Origin: Minisyncoccota bacterium
GTDB lineage: Bacteria; Patescibacteriota; Minisyncoccia; Phycocordibacterales; UBA9973
Length of the DNA stretch: 64,000 bases
Reading direction: 5' to 3'
NCBI GenBank assembly: GCA_041675085.1
Contig: JBAYUN010000004.1
Location: forward strand, 2,032 to 66,031
The notes under the pieces are model-generated. The model was given only the letters and a program-made list of their open reading frames with translations, was not told the DNA's origin and ran no database searches. The position numbers and the translations under genes were made by a program. Positions within the stretch are counted from its first letter, which is position 1. Each line of letters opens with the position of its first letter. Below, piece after piece: positions 47,086 through 57,343 of the stretch.

Positions 47086-47592
47086 TTGCGAGAAAGAATA
47101 AACAACCAAATACGAGCAAAAGAACTACGAGTTATAGATAGTAACAATGATAATCTCGGTGTCTTAAGCCTAAAAGATGCTTTGGAGCTGGCAATGAAGC
47201 AAGGTCTTGATTTGATAGAAATATCTGCAACCTCAAATCCCCCAGTCGCAAGAATAACAGATTTTGGAAAGTATCAGTACGAAGCCAACAAGAAATTAAA
47301 GAAAGCTCGTGCAAATGCAAGTTCTACTGAAACCAAATCTATCCAAATCAAAATAGGTACAGGAGATCATGACTTGGAATTAAAAGCAAAAACTGCTTCT
47401 AAATGGTTGAAAGAAGGTCACAGAATTAAAATCGAACTTTTCTTGGCTGGACGTGCAAAATATATGGACGAAAGGTTCTTGAGAGAAAGATTAGAAAGGG
47501 TTTTACATTTTATAACAGAGGAATACAAAATATCTGATGGAATAAAAAAAGGACCGAAAGGATTATTGATCACAATAGAGAAAGCTAAATAG
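47086..47592 (+). CDS. infC: translation initiation factor IF-3
   Basis: INNQIRA, GLDLIEI, PPVARITDFGKYQYE; non-ATG start. Confidence 0.96.
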   Translation: MRERINNQIRAKELRVIDSNNDNLGVLSLKDALELAMKQGLDLIEISATSNPPVARITDFGKYQYEANKKLKKARANASSTETKSIQIKIGTGDHDLELKAKTASKWLKEGHRIKIELFLAGRAKYMDERFLRERLERVLHFITEEYKISDGIKKGPKGLLITIEKAK

Positions 47593-47623
47593 TTATAAAG
47601 TAATAAAAACACAAAACAATTTT

Positions 47624-47812
47624 ATGATGAAAACAAATAAAAGTTTCGCAAAAAGATTAAAGCTGACAAAGACTGGGAAAGTTATTGCTAGAAAAGCGGG
47701 CTTCAACCACTTTAATGCTAAGCAATCAAGAACAACCCAGCTTGCTGGACGTAAAGGTCAAAATTTCGTAATTAAAAACAAACCTAAGAGTCATTTATTG
47801 CCTTTTAGTTAG
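47624..47812 (+). CDS. rpmI: 50S ribosomal protein L35
   Basis: MKTNKSFAKRLKLTKTGK; infC-rpmI-rplT order. Confidence 0.93.
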   Translation: MMKTNKSFAKRLKLTKTGKVIARKAGFNHFNAKQSRTTQLAGRKGQNFVIKNKPKSHLLPFS

Positions 47813-47874
47813 AAAATATTTAATAACAGTTAATATAATTAGTGATTTTCGTAGAAAACGAATAATATAAAACA

Positions 47875-48219
47875 ATGACAAGAGTAAAAAAGGGAGTACA
47901 TGCATTAAAAAGAAGAAGAAGCGTATTGAAGCAAACAAAAGGTTTCCGCCATGGTAGAAGTACAAAAGAACGTCAAGCAAAAGACGCTCTACTTCACTCA
48001 GGTAACTACGCTTTCGCTCACAGAAAAGACAAGAAAGCAGATTTTAGAACTCTATGGAATATCAAGATTAACGCAGGTTCTAGAGAAGTAGGTATGACTT
48101 ATTCTAAACTTATAGCTTCTCTGAAGACTAACAAAGTTGTATTGGATAGAAAAATACTTGCAGACTTGGCTGAAAACAACGTTGATACATTCAAAAGAGT
48201 ATTAGCTTCACTTAAATAA
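47875..48219 (+). CDS. rplT: 50S ribosomal protein L20
   Basis: MTRVKKG, FRTLWNIKINA, LDRKILADLA. Confidence 0.97.
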   Translation: MTRVKKGVHALKRRRSVLKQTKGFRHGRSTKERQAKDALLHSGNYAFAHRKDKKADFRTLWNIKINAGSREVGMTYSKLIASLKTNKVVLDRKILADLAENNVDTFKRVLASLK

Positions 48220-48276
48220 AAATTAAAAAACCTCTCAACACTGAGAGGTTTTTTAATTTGAGATTGTGTTAATTTA

Positions 48277-48873
48277 CTATAACTTGTATTCCCCTACTTT
48301 GTCAGCATTAATCAAAGTTATCAAATCTTTCACCATTTTCTTTGGGTCATCTGTCGCTACTATCGTCGGGTTGCCTTTATGACTTTTAGCTACTATATCT
48401 TTCAATTGATCGCCCATCTCCCAAGGACCTTCAAATATTCCTATCGGCTTATTTTCTTGCAAGGCTGTAGTAAAGTTGTGAATAGTACCTACACGCCCAC
48501 AACCACAAATCAGCGCGTCTGTAGAGCGGACTAGAAGTATATCTCTACCTCCATAACCAAAACCTGTGTAGATAACTAAGTCCATGTAATCTATCGGTAG
48601 TTTGTATACTTCTATATGCTCGCGTTCGTTGGCTGCTGGAGAAAATCCTATAACCATACCTCCCTCTTCTTTTGCTCCCATAGCTACCCAAAGAGAGAAT
48701 CCAGTCGCAGCTCCCATGACAAGCACTGCACCATTACGAGCTATTTCGCGACCGAGTTCTTTAGCTTTATCAAGAGCATCGATACCACAATGCCCCGTCT
48801 CAGCAGCACCTGATACACATATCTTCAATACTTTATGACCATGCTTATTTAAATTTAAGTTATTTGGATTCAT
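48277..48873 (-). CDS. LOG/SLOG family nucleotide-binding protein
   Basis: ELGREIA, GAKEEGG, TGFGYGGRD, GRVGT. Confidence 0.8.
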   Translation of the reverse strand: MNPNNLNLNKHGHKVLKICVSGAAETGHCGIDALDKAKELGREIARNGAVLVMGAATGFSLWVAMGAKEEGGMVIGFSPAANEREHIEVYKLPIDYMDLVIYTGFGYGGRDILLVRSTDALICGCGRVGTIHNFTTALQENKPIGIFEGPWEMGDQLKDIVAKSHKGNPTIVATDDPKKMVKDLITLINADKVGEYKL

Positions 48874-48972
48874 CCCGTTAAATGTTTTTGATTAATTTAT
48901 AATTTAATTATACTTTATTTTTTAATAATTATATTTATTTATCTCTACCCGTTTTTTAAAACATTTAACGGG
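48874..48972. mobile_element. 99-bp MITE-like element
   Basis: 15-bp terminal IR CCCGTTAAATGTTTT / AAAACATTTAACGGG flanked by direct repeat ATTCAT (48868-48873, 48973-48978). Confidence 0.55.
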
Positions 48973-48993
48973 ATTCATATTTTAATTATATAA

Positions 48994-50358
48994 TTAACAA
49001 ACAAGCGTAATAACATCCCCTTGATCTGGAGCGTAAGCTTCTAGTCCTAGATTGTCTCTCAACTTTTGAACTAAGAATAAAGCGGATTTTGGCTCACCCA
49101 TGACTACGAAAACTTTCTTTAAAGTCTCAGATGTGTCTTCTACGAAGTTTATAAGATTATCACTGTCTTTGTGTCCTGAATATCCTGAGATAGTAGTGAT
49201 GTGGGCACGGACTTCGACGTATTCACCCGAGATACGTACAGTCTTCACCCCTTCTTGAATCATACGTCCTGGAGTGCCAGCAGATTGATATCCAGTGAGC
49301 AAGAGAGTGTTATTAGGATCAGGCAAGAAATGACGCTCATGATGCACTACACGTCCTCCAGAGGACATACCCGAGCCCGCAATGATGACTTTTGGATTTG
49401 GGAAATGATTGATAGTTTTTGATTCTTCAGATTTGAGAGTGGTGTGAAGTCCAGGGAAATCAAATATGTATTTATCGTGCACCATGACGGCTTTAGCTTC
49501 GTCATTAAAATAATCTTTGTATTTTTTGAAAACTTCAGTGAGCTTAATAGCTAGCGGTGAATCAAAGAAAATAGGCATGACAGGGATTCTTTTATTTTCT
49601 ACTAGTTCGTTCAACTCAAATAGTAATTCTTGGGAACGTTCGAGAGAGAAAGTCGGGATTATCAAAGTCCCCTTTCGGTTATAATTATCTTCTATAGCTT
49701 TCTCCAAGAACTTCCTACGGTCATCACGTGATTCGTGATTTCTGTCTCCATAGACTGATTCCATAATCATATAATCAATATCAGTGACTTTATCTGTATC
49801 GGGTAATATTGGGGAGGGACTGTTGCCAAGGTCTCCTGTGAACAATATCTTTTTGCCATTGTAGACAAATTTAAACATAGATGAGCCTAGGATATGACCT
49901 GCATTTAGCATGGTGACTTCAAGATCAGGTGTGATTTGTATTTTTTCATAATATTTAAAACCAGTCCAAAGATTCATAGCTGTCTTGATATTCTCTGGAG
50001 TATAGATAACATCTAAACCAAATTCAGTATTTTTAGAAAGTATCATTGCCGTATCTTCCATCATAGGCAAAGCGAGCGCCTTGGTCGGTTCGGTAGAATA
50101 GATAGCTCCCTTGAAACCTTCAGAGATTAATTTCGGAATACGTCCAACGTGATCGATATGAGCATGAGTTACAAATAAAATATCTATTTCTTTTGGATCA
50201 TAGGGAAATTTATCCCAGTTCAAATCATCAGCGAGTTTTACACCTTGAGTCAAACCACAATCTATTAATATTTTCTTTCCATCAACTTCAAAAAGAAAAT
50301 TTGCACCAGTTACGGTACCTGTTCCCCCTGCGAATGTTATCTTGGCTACTTTTTGCAT
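48994..50358 (-). CDS. MBL-fold beta-CASP nuclease
   Basis: THAHIDHVG, AGHILGS, FTGDLG, ESVYG, YSGHKD. Confidence 0.92.
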   Translation of the reverse strand: MQKVAKITFAGGTGTVTGANFLFEVDGKKILIDCGLTQGVKLADDLNWDKFPYDPKEIDILFVTHAHIDHVGRIPKLISEGFKGAIYSTEPTKALALPMMEDTAMILSKNTEFGLDVIYTPENIKTAMNLWTGFKYYEKIQITPDLEVTMLNAGHILGSSMFKFVYNGKKILFTGDLGNSPSPILPDTDKVTDIDYMIMESVYGDRNHESRDDRRKFLEKAIEDNYNRKGTLIIPTFSLERSQELLFELNELVENKRIPVMPIFFDSPLAIKLTEVFKKYKDYFNDEAKAVMVHDKYIFDFPGLHTTLKSEESKTINHFPNPKVIIAGSGMSSGGRVVHHERHFLPDPNNTLLLTGYQSAGTPGRMIQEGVKTVRISGEYVEVRAHITTISGYSGHKDSDNLINFVEDTSETLKKVFVVMGEPKSALFLVQKLRDNLGLEAYAPDQGDVITLVC

Positions 50359-50376
50359 TTACTAATTATAACTTAT

Positions 50377-50769
50377 TTAATCTCTTTTAGAAATATTTTT
50401 AAAAATTAAATACGCAGATACACCACCAGTAAGATCAGCAATCATATCAGTAGAAGTATCAAACAAATCAAAAGTATTTTTGGCTAATAAATCGTTCACA
50501 ACGATTTCATAAATCTCCCAACCAAAGCCCACAAACAAAACTCCAAGTACGATTTTAATAAAATTATCTTTTGCGAGGTTTTTCTTATCTAAATCTTTAT
50601 AAAAAAGCCACAAGAATACTAAACCCAGCCAAAATCCTCCCAAAAAATGCATTAAAACATCAAACCACCAAATAGAAGAATACCAATACAATTTGCTAGC
50701 AGCAAAATTTAAAGAAAATATAAAAAATACACAAAGAGACAATAATAGAAATAAACTTTTTCTTTTCAT
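50377..50769 (-). CDS. membrane protein (VanZ/DUF2238-like)
   Basis: WFDVLMHFLGG, WEIYE, DT.TDM..DL.GG; start moved to MKRKS. Confidence 0.7.
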   Translation of the reverse strand: MKRKSLFLLLSLCVFFIFSLNFAASKLYWYSSIWWFDVLMHFLGGFWLGLVFLWLFYKDLDKKNLAKDNFIKIVLGVLFVGFGWEIYEIVVNDLLAKNTFDLFDTSTDMIADLTGGVSAYLIFKNISKRD

Positions 50770-51092
50770 GATATAAATATTATATATTAAAACTACAAAA
50801 TAAAAAACCCTGTCTACTTTACAGTAAACAGAGTTGTCTATTAGGGCTATCTTTTTTTTATTACCGTAGCTTTTTAGGCTAAGTGGGTGATAGACAATTA
50901 AGACCAAAGTCATAACCGATCGAACCTCCCAAAAAATAATGTTCTAGGTAATAATAAAAAATAACCCTACTTAAATCTTACCTTACTCTAAGAATTTTGC
51001 AAGAATTTTTTTCAAAAAACCACAGAAATTTTTAAAAAACAACTTTGACCATACAAAAAAATTGTGTACCAATTTTTATTTTGTTTGACAAA

Positions 51093-51569
51093 TTAATCTT
51101 TGTGCTCAGCGTAGATAAAATCAGTGTCGATTTTTTTGTATGAGAAGATTTCTTCCTCTCCAAAAAATCTTTTTACTTCTATTTCTCCAGTCTCCACAGA
51201 ATCAGATGCGTGTACGATATTTGATTGAGTAGAAAGTGAATAATCTCCTCTGATTGTACCTGCATTCGCTTCCCAAGCTTTTGTTGGTCCGACGATAAGT
51301 CTGATAGCTGAGACAGCATTGATACCAGATAAAGCCATAACAACAACAGGACAAACTGTCATAAAGTCACGAGTACCTGGGAAAAAAGGCTTGTCTTTGA
51401 TGTGAGCATAGTGCTCTTCTATTAAAGCGTCTTTGATAGACATCATCTTTAAACCTACTATTTTTAATCCTTTTTTCTCGAAACGAGCTATGATTTCCCC
51501 TACTAGATTGCGTTGCAATGCGTCTGGCTTGATAATAATTAAAGATTTCTCTTCATTTGGTCTTGTCAT
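51093..51569 (-). CDS. ndk: nucleoside diphosphate kinase
   Basis: IKPDA, GTIRGDY, NIVHASDS. Confidence 0.97.
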   Translation of the reverse strand: MTRPNEEKSLIIIKPDALQRNLVGEIIARFEKKGLKIVGLKMMSIKDALIEEHYAHIKDKPFFPGTRDFMTVCPVVVMALSGINAVSAIRLIVGPTKAWEANAGTIRGDYSLSTQSNIVHASDSVETGEIEVKRFFGEEEIFSYKKIDTDFIYAEHKD

Positions 51570-51639
51570 ATATTTTTACAAATTAAATACTAATATCAAA
51601 ACAATACCATATTTAAAGAGTTTATTCAAATAAAGAAAA

Positions 51640-54399
51640 TTATTGCATTCCACTATAACGAGCCATGATCTCAGACTCTACTTCTTCGCGGTCGCGTCCG
51701 TATTTTAGATATGAAAGTTGTTTCAAACTATCTACTATCTTCATACTACCCTCTTCTGGAGCGAGAGTTTGGATATTGAAAGGTTTGGTCGGTTGACCAC
51801 GGACTAGCATCGATACATACGCATTGTAGTTATCTATCTTAGTAATATCTCTTGCTGTGAAAACTGGTTTGAATTTTGCTTCCAAGAAATTCGCATCCTC
51901 AGGTGAAACACGAAACACAGCCATAGAACCTACGTTACCAAAAACCGCATTCTTGATACCTTCGTCAAGTTGAGAGATGTATTGGTGAGCAACATTTAAG
52001 GACAATCTATATTTACGAGCTTCAGACAAAATAGAAGAAATAGAATCTGTGGTCACGTTTTGGAACTCGTCTATGTATAGATAAAAATCATTCATTTGTT
52101 TTCCAAACATATCGACGCGAGATAGAGCCGCCATCTGAATTTTACCAACAAGCACAAGACCGATAAGGTTCGCGTTAATATCACCCAGACGTCCTTTGGA
52201 TAAATTCACTAAAAGAATCTTTTTCTCGTCCATGATTTTCCTAAAGTTAAATACAGATTCTTGTTGCAAGACTACAGGACGCATAATATCGTTACTGATA
52301 AAGTTGTCGAACTTGGATGAGATATAAGGTACAAAGTTAGCGAGAGATTGATCTCCACTCGTCTCTTCGGCAGATTTCCAGAATTGTTTAATGATAGGGT
52401 TCTTGCATTTCGCCAATTTCATATCACGGAAATTCTTGTCGGCTAGGACGCGAGTAATCTCGAGCATAGTCGAACCAGACTCAGGATCTTCCATCACAAG
52501 AAAAGCACTATTTCTAAAGTATTGCTCAAACATAGCTCCTCCTCCGACTTTCATGTCGAAAAGTTTATTGAAAATACCCATGAGTTCATTGACCACGAAA
52601 GTCTTTTGTTCCGGATAACGTGGATCGAATTCCAACATATTTAGACCCATAGGTCTCTCAGTATAAGCAGGATCGAAGTATATCACATCATCCATACGTT
52701 CACGTGGAATACGAGAAAGTATAGTCTGAATATCTGTACCGTGAGGATCGATATAACAAACTCCATCTCCATTCCTAATATCCTGAGTTATCATATTTAA
52801 CAAGATATTCGTCTTACCTGTTCCTGTCTGACCGATGACGTAAAAGTGACGCATTCTATCTTCGCGAGTCATACGAATAGGAGTCTCACGACCTCGATAA
52901 CTATTCATACCGAGAATAATGCCTTCAGAACCCATATCCATAGGTGCCGGAGCAATACCAGACTTTGCTTCTTTGAGTTGAGACATATTGCCGATACCTA
53001 CAGGGAAATGAAAAATAGAAGCTAGTTCTTTTAGATTTAAAGGCAGAACTTTGTCATGAGAAAAGATACGGAAAGAGAAATCGTGAAAAAGTTTCTTCAA
53101 ACTACTACCGTTCATGCGTTCGAAAACTATAGAGTTACTTGCAACTTCAGTAAATTGGTTGAAAGAGGATTCTATTTCAGTTAGAATAGCGTCGGCTCTT
53201 TCTTTAGTCTCAGCGGAAGTTATAATTCTGATGTTAGCTTTCATGATAGAGCTTTTCAATTTATTATTGATTTTCTCAGGTGCGCCTTCGTCTACTGCTC
53301 TCCTACCCTTCATGAATTTTGGGTCATCCTTTTTTTTAGTAGGACCAAAAAATAAATCTTTAGAAGCATTCAAAAAAGCAACGTGGAATTTATAAAATTT
53401 ATCTGATGCATTTTTAACAGAAGTCCCACTCTTTACATCATCTAAAATTTTGTGAAAATCTACGATAAATTGGTTGCCAGCGGGAGCTATCAAGAGTTGA
53501 ATAGAGGCACCTTCACCTTCGGTTTTGAGTTTAGAAAATACTCCCAAGATATTCTTCATCGGATCATGATCGATATTTTCATAGGTACGTATAGGTAATA
53601 CTGGTTTTTCTGACAAATAAGCATAAGCACCCGAAGAATGACCTTCATTATTAAAAATATTAAAATCGTCTTTTACTTCTTTGACTTTAGCATCATGATA
53701 AAAAGCCAAGATTTGTTTCTCAAAAAGATTTAGATGTTTATTTGGAACACTTGCATATATCACTACTTGATCCGTCTGACTATCTAAAGCTACCTCAAGA
53801 GTAAAATATTCTTCTTTGGGATTATTTTTATCGAGCGAAATAGAAGCCATACCAGCATAAAACTGCTCCATAGCTCCGATAAATTCTTTGAAACTTTTGA
53901 CCTTATCGGCTTCATCCTCTGGAGGAGGTAGAGTAATTTCAAAAAGAGTCATTTTTAAAGCTCGGTCTAAATACCCACCTTCAGTGAGGTCTTTCACTAT
54001 TTCACCTGTTTTTAAATATTGGATTAAAAGCCTGTGAAAATCATCATCGATATGAGGATTGTTCATCGCTTCTACGATAGATAGAGTATTGCGTATACCT
54101 TTTGTTAAAACGAGTCCCAAGAGCTCTTCCATAACAGTATCGTGAAGCTCGGGTTTTAATTTGAGCACAATGCCGTCTTGTTCTTTTTGAGTTAGATTGT
54201 GATTTGTGGCGAGGACTTCTTCTTTTGGCGCTTCTTTATAATCGAGAATAGTTTCAGTCACAACCGCATTTTCTGCACTTTCAAAATGACCCAAGCTTAC
54301 TAGCTCTTGTTCTTTTTTTGCAATATGCGCCCGTAAATAAGAAAGTTCTTCTTCAGGGTTTTTAAATTTCGGCATTTCATTTAGAAATGATTTTTCCAT
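51640..54399 (-). CDS. VirD4/TraG-like (HerA-FtsK superfamily) ATPase
   Basis: RHFYVIGQTGTGKT, IDPHG, YIDEFQN, SEARKY, AHQY; start moved to MEKSF. Confidence 0.88.
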   Translation of the reverse strand: MEKSFLNEMPKFKNPEEELSYLRAHIAKKEQELVSLGHFESAENAVVTETILDYKEAPKEEVLATNHNLTQKEQDGIVLKLKPELHDTVMEELLGLVLTKGIRNTLSIVEAMNNPHIDDDFHRLLIQYLKTGEIVKDLTEGGYLDRALKMTLFEITLPPPEDEADKVKSFKEFIGAMEQFYAGMASISLDKNNPKEEYFTLEVALDSQTDQVVIYASVPNKHLNLFEKQILAFYHDAKVKEVKDDFNIFNNEGHSSGAYAYLSEKPVLPIRTYENIDHDPMKNILGVFSKLKTEGEGASIQLLIAPAGNQFIVDFHKILDDVKSGTSVKNASDKFYKFHVAFLNASKDLFFGPTKKKDDPKFMKGRRAVDEGAPEKINNKLKSSIMKANIRIITSAETKERADAILTEIESSFNQFTEVASNSIVFERMNGSSLKKLFHDFSFRIFSHDKVLPLNLKELASIFHFPVGIGNMSQLKEAKSGIAPAPMDMGSEGIILGMNSYRGRETPIRMTREDRMRHFYVIGQTGTGKTNILLNMITQDIRNGDGVCYIDPHGTDIQTILSRIPRERMDDVIYFDPAYTERPMGLNMLEFDPRYPEQKTFVVNELMGIFNKLFDMKVGGGAMFEQYFRNSAFLVMEDPESGSTMLEITRVLADKNFRDMKLAKCKNPIIKQFWKSAEETSGDQSLANFVPYISSKFDNFISNDIMRPVVLQQESVFNFRKIMDEKKILLVNLSKGRLGDINANLIGLVLVGKIQMAALSRVDMFGKQMNDFYLYIDEFQNVTTDSISSILSEARKYRLSLNVAHQYISQLDEGIKNAVFGNVGSMAVFRVSPEDANFLEAKFKPVFTARDITKIDNYNAYVSMLVRGQPTKPFNIQTLAPEEGSMKIVDSLKQLSYLKYGRDREEVESEIMARYSGMQ

Positions 54400-54617
54400 T
54401 TCTAAATTATAGCAAGAAAAAAACATATTAAAAAGCAAAATGTTAAAATTTTCATGGTCTGGTTGAGCAAAGCGACCCGAGGACCTGAAAATTTTAATAT
54501 TTTGCTTTTTAATTAAAAAAATAAATAGTATTTAAAAAACGCACATAAAAATCTGCTGATTTTTTGCTATGCTCGGACCGTCGTCCTGTGCAATGTTTTT
54601 TAAATACTATTTCTTTT

Positions 54618-55394
54618 TTATTTTTTAGTTAAAATTTCTCCTCCACTTTTACCTACAGCAATAGTTAATTCAAAGTGCGCGCTGTATTTACCGTCATTGG
54701 TTTTGAAAGTCCAATCATCACTATCAACAAAAACATTTTTAGTTCCCATATTTAGCATCGGCTCGAGAGCGAGGACCATACCTTCTACAAGCTTCTCGCC
54801 TGTACCCTTTTTACCAAAATTCGGCACATAAGGATCTTCGTGAATATATTTCCCAACTCCATGCCCAGAGAGAATATCGACAATCCCGTATTTATGTTTT
54901 TGTTTTCTTACAAAAGTCTCAATAGCATAACCTATATCCCCAACTCTTTTACCAATTTTCGCAGCCTTGATACCTATCATTAGAGCTTCTTCAGTGATTT
55001 GCAAAAGTTTCTTGTATTCATCCTTAATCTCGCCGACAGGTACAGTGATAGCCATATCGGTGAAATAACCCTTGTGCTTTACTCCACAATCAATAGCTAC
55101 GATATCCCCGTCATTCAGAATACGATCAGGACGAGGAATACCATGCACAACTTCGTCGTTAATAGATACGCACAAAGTCGCCGGGAAAGGAGTCTTGGCC
55201 CCGTAAGGTTTATAATTCTTGAAAGCTGGTTCGTCGCCGTATTCACGGATAAGTTTTTCCGCATATTCATCGAGCTCTTTTACCGAAACGCCAGGCGCCA
55301 CCATATCACGCACTTTATAAAGCACGGTAGCTAAATGTTTGCCCCCTTCTCGAATTATCTCTATTTCTTCTTTTGTTTTAATTATTATTGCCAT
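54618..55394 (-). CDS. map: methionine aminopeptidase type I
   Basis: SINDEVVHGIP, GHGVG..IHEDP, ALEPM, SAHFE. Confidence 0.97.
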   Translation of the reverse strand: MAIIIKTKEEIEIIREGGKHLATVLYKVRDMVAPGVSVKELDEYAEKLIREYGDEPAFKNYKPYGAKTPFPATLCVSINDEVVHGIPRPDRILNDGDIVAIDCGVKHKGYFTDMAITVPVGEIKDEYKKLLQITEEALMIGIKAAKIGKRVGDIGYAIETFVRKQKHKYGIVDILSGHGVGKYIHEDPYVPNFGKKGTGEKLVEGMVLALEPMLNMGTKNVFVDSDDWTFKTNDGKYSAHFELTIAVGKSGGEILTKK

Positions 55395-55397
55395 ATT

Positions 55398-56081
55398 TTA
55401 CGAAATCGTAGTACCTTTGAATTCTTCCCCATCTAAGCATTTAGCTAGATTCTCTATCGGGTTACCATTTAGTATAAAAACAGAGATACCCTCAGCTTCA
55501 GCCATTTTTGAAGCCACAGGATCAAACGGACTAGACAGTCCAGGATTCCATTCAGCTGGTATCAGACTTCTATATTCGCTCCAAGAAATTTTCTCAAATT
55601 TTTTAGCGTCAGGATTCATGCGAGGATCCGAATCATAAACATAATCAATATTGGAAAGATTGATAACTTTTGTAGCGCCGATATTCTTGGCACCCAATAC
55701 TGCACCATAGTCTGTGCTCTGTCCTGGTTTATATGCTGAAGCTACTAAGACTGGTTTCTCAAAATGAAAGTCTAGTGACAAATCTGGGATAACATTATGA
55801 TTTGCATAATCTCCAAACATAACTCTGACTAATTCTGCGTTCAAACGTAGCGCAGCGATACCAATCCAATCCAAATCATCATTCACAGGAGTAGATAAAG
55901 CTTTAGCGCCGTCTTGATATTTGCGACAGATCTTCCCTCCTCCAGTAATTATAAGAAACTTTCTACCTTTATTTACGTGAGATATTATTAATTCTTTAAA
56001 GCTTTTCAGAAATTCAATATCTAGCTCATTCGGAACTATGAGCGATCCACCCAATGAAATTACAAAAGTTTCTTTTTCCAT
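55398..56081 (-). CDS. pyrH: UMP kinase (archaeal type)
   Basis: VISLGGS, TGGG..CR.YQ, PGQSTD, YDSDP, PFDPVA. Confidence 0.9.
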   Translation of the reverse strand: MEKETFVISLGGSLIVPNELDIEFLKSFKELIISHVNKGRKFLIITGGGKICRKYQDGAKALSTPVNDDLDWIGIAALRLNAELVRVMFGDYANHNVIPDLSLDFHFEKPVLVASAYKPGQSTDYGAVLGAKNIGATKVINLSNIDYVYDSDPRMNPDAKKFEKISWSEYRSLIPAEWNPGLSSPFDPVASKMAEAEGISVFILNGNPIENLAKCLDGEEFKGTTIS

Positions 56082-56082
56082 A

Positions 56083-56673
56083 TTAATTATTTAAATTTAA
56101 TGAACTGATAATATCTTGATGAACTTTTTCTATTTCTTGTTGCCCATCAATCTCAATAACTTCTATTCCTTTATTTTTCAAAAATTCCATAGACGGAACG
56201 ACATTGTTCTTGTATTCATCAAATCTCCTCTTTAGACCTTCTTCGGTATCATCTGAACGTCCACGCAACAAATTTCTTCTCATAGCTTCTTCTTCAGAAA
56301 GCTTAATATAAATAATCTTGATATCTGTTCTCTTAAAGAAATTCATTTGTTTCAAAAATTCTTCAGATTGCGATATTGTACGAGGATAACCGTCGGCTAT
56401 CAGGTTCAAGTCTTGATTTAATTCATTGATTAGAATATTTACAAAAATAGAGTTGGTCAAAAAATCAGGTTGGAGACTGCCACGCTCTAAAGTCTCTTTG
56501 ATTAGAGATGAGATTTGATTCTTGGAACTTATTATTTTCCTATATTCGTTACCAGGATAAGCATGAATAGAGTCTTGATTGTTATTTTTCTTTAAAAAAT
56601 CAATCAAGAGATTGATTTGGGTTCCTTTTCCAGAACCAACTATTCCAAAAAAAACAAAAGTTTTAGATTGCAT
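56083..56673 (-). CDS. adk: adenylate kinase family protein (short lid)
   Basis: GIVGSGKGTQ, DGYPRT, RGRSDD; start moved to MQSKT. Confidence 0.85.
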   Translation of the reverse strand: MQSKTFVFFGIVGSGKGTQINLLIDFLKKNNNQDSIHAYPGNEYRKIISSKNQISSLIKETLERGSLQPDFLTNSIFVNILINELNQDLNLIADGYPRTISQSEEFLKQMNFFKRTDIKIIYIKLSEEEAMRRNLLRGRSDDTEEGLKRRFDEYKNNVVPSMEFLKNKGIEVIEIDGQQEIEKVHQDIISSLNLNN

Positions 56674-56736
56674 ATGATATAGATAATACAAGATTTAGCT
56701 TGAAAAATCAACATTTTTAGAATAGAATGGATTTAT

Positions 56737-57306
56737 ATGAAAAAAGAGATAATTACTATTAGTGGACTACCTGGAAGCGGCAAAAGTAGCACAGCAGACA
56801 ATGTTGCCAAAAAGTTAGGATTCAGTCGCTTTTCTTCTGGAGATTTTATGAGACGCATAGCTCTCGAAAAAGGAATCAGTCTAAACGAATTATCCAAAAT
56901 AGCAGAACAAGATCAAGGTCAAATAGATAAAGAGATAGATGATAGTGTTACTGAAATGTCAAAAGAAAACAAAGTAGTTTTAGATTCTAGACTCGCTTTT
57001 CATTTTATCCCCAATAGTTTCAAAATCTTTTTAGACCTTCCTCCAGAAATAGCAAAAGAAAGAATCTTGAATAATTTAAAAACAAATACCCTCAGGGCTC
57101 AAAGCGAAAATGCAACTACAACAGATGAGGTGTTCCAAAAAATAACTGAAAGACTAGAGAGTGAAAAAAAGAGGTACCGCGAACTTTATAATCTTGACTA
57201 TACCAATAAAGAAAATTTTGACCTAGTGATAGATACAAATAAAAATAATTTAGAAGAAGTCGTAGAAATAATTCTCAAGGAATATCAGGCTTGGCTACAA
57301 TCTTAA
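56737..57306 (+). CDS. cmk: cytidylate kinase (archaeal type)
   Basis: ATGAAAAAAGAG reads on + (track label is wrong); ITISGLPGSGKSS, DSRLA, SEKKRY..LY, DLVIDT. Confidence 0.88.
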   Translation: MKKEIITISGLPGSGKSSTADNVAKKLGFSRFSSGDFMRRIALEKGISLNELSKIAEQDQGQIDKEIDDSVTEMSKENKVVLDSRLAFHFIPNSFKIFLDLPPEIAKERILNNLKTNTLRAQSENATTTDEVFQKITERLESEKKRYRELYNLDYTNKENFDLVIDTNKNNLEEVVEIILKEYQAWLQS

Positions 57307-57343
57307 ATTAAAAATCCTCCCAAATGGGAGGATTTTTAATTTA

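Noticed and set aside
50770-50913. N-terminal extension of the 50377 membrane protein with an upstream GGGAGG
   Set aside because: The extension crosses terminator-like sequence and looks non-coding; the family-like sequence begins at MKRKS
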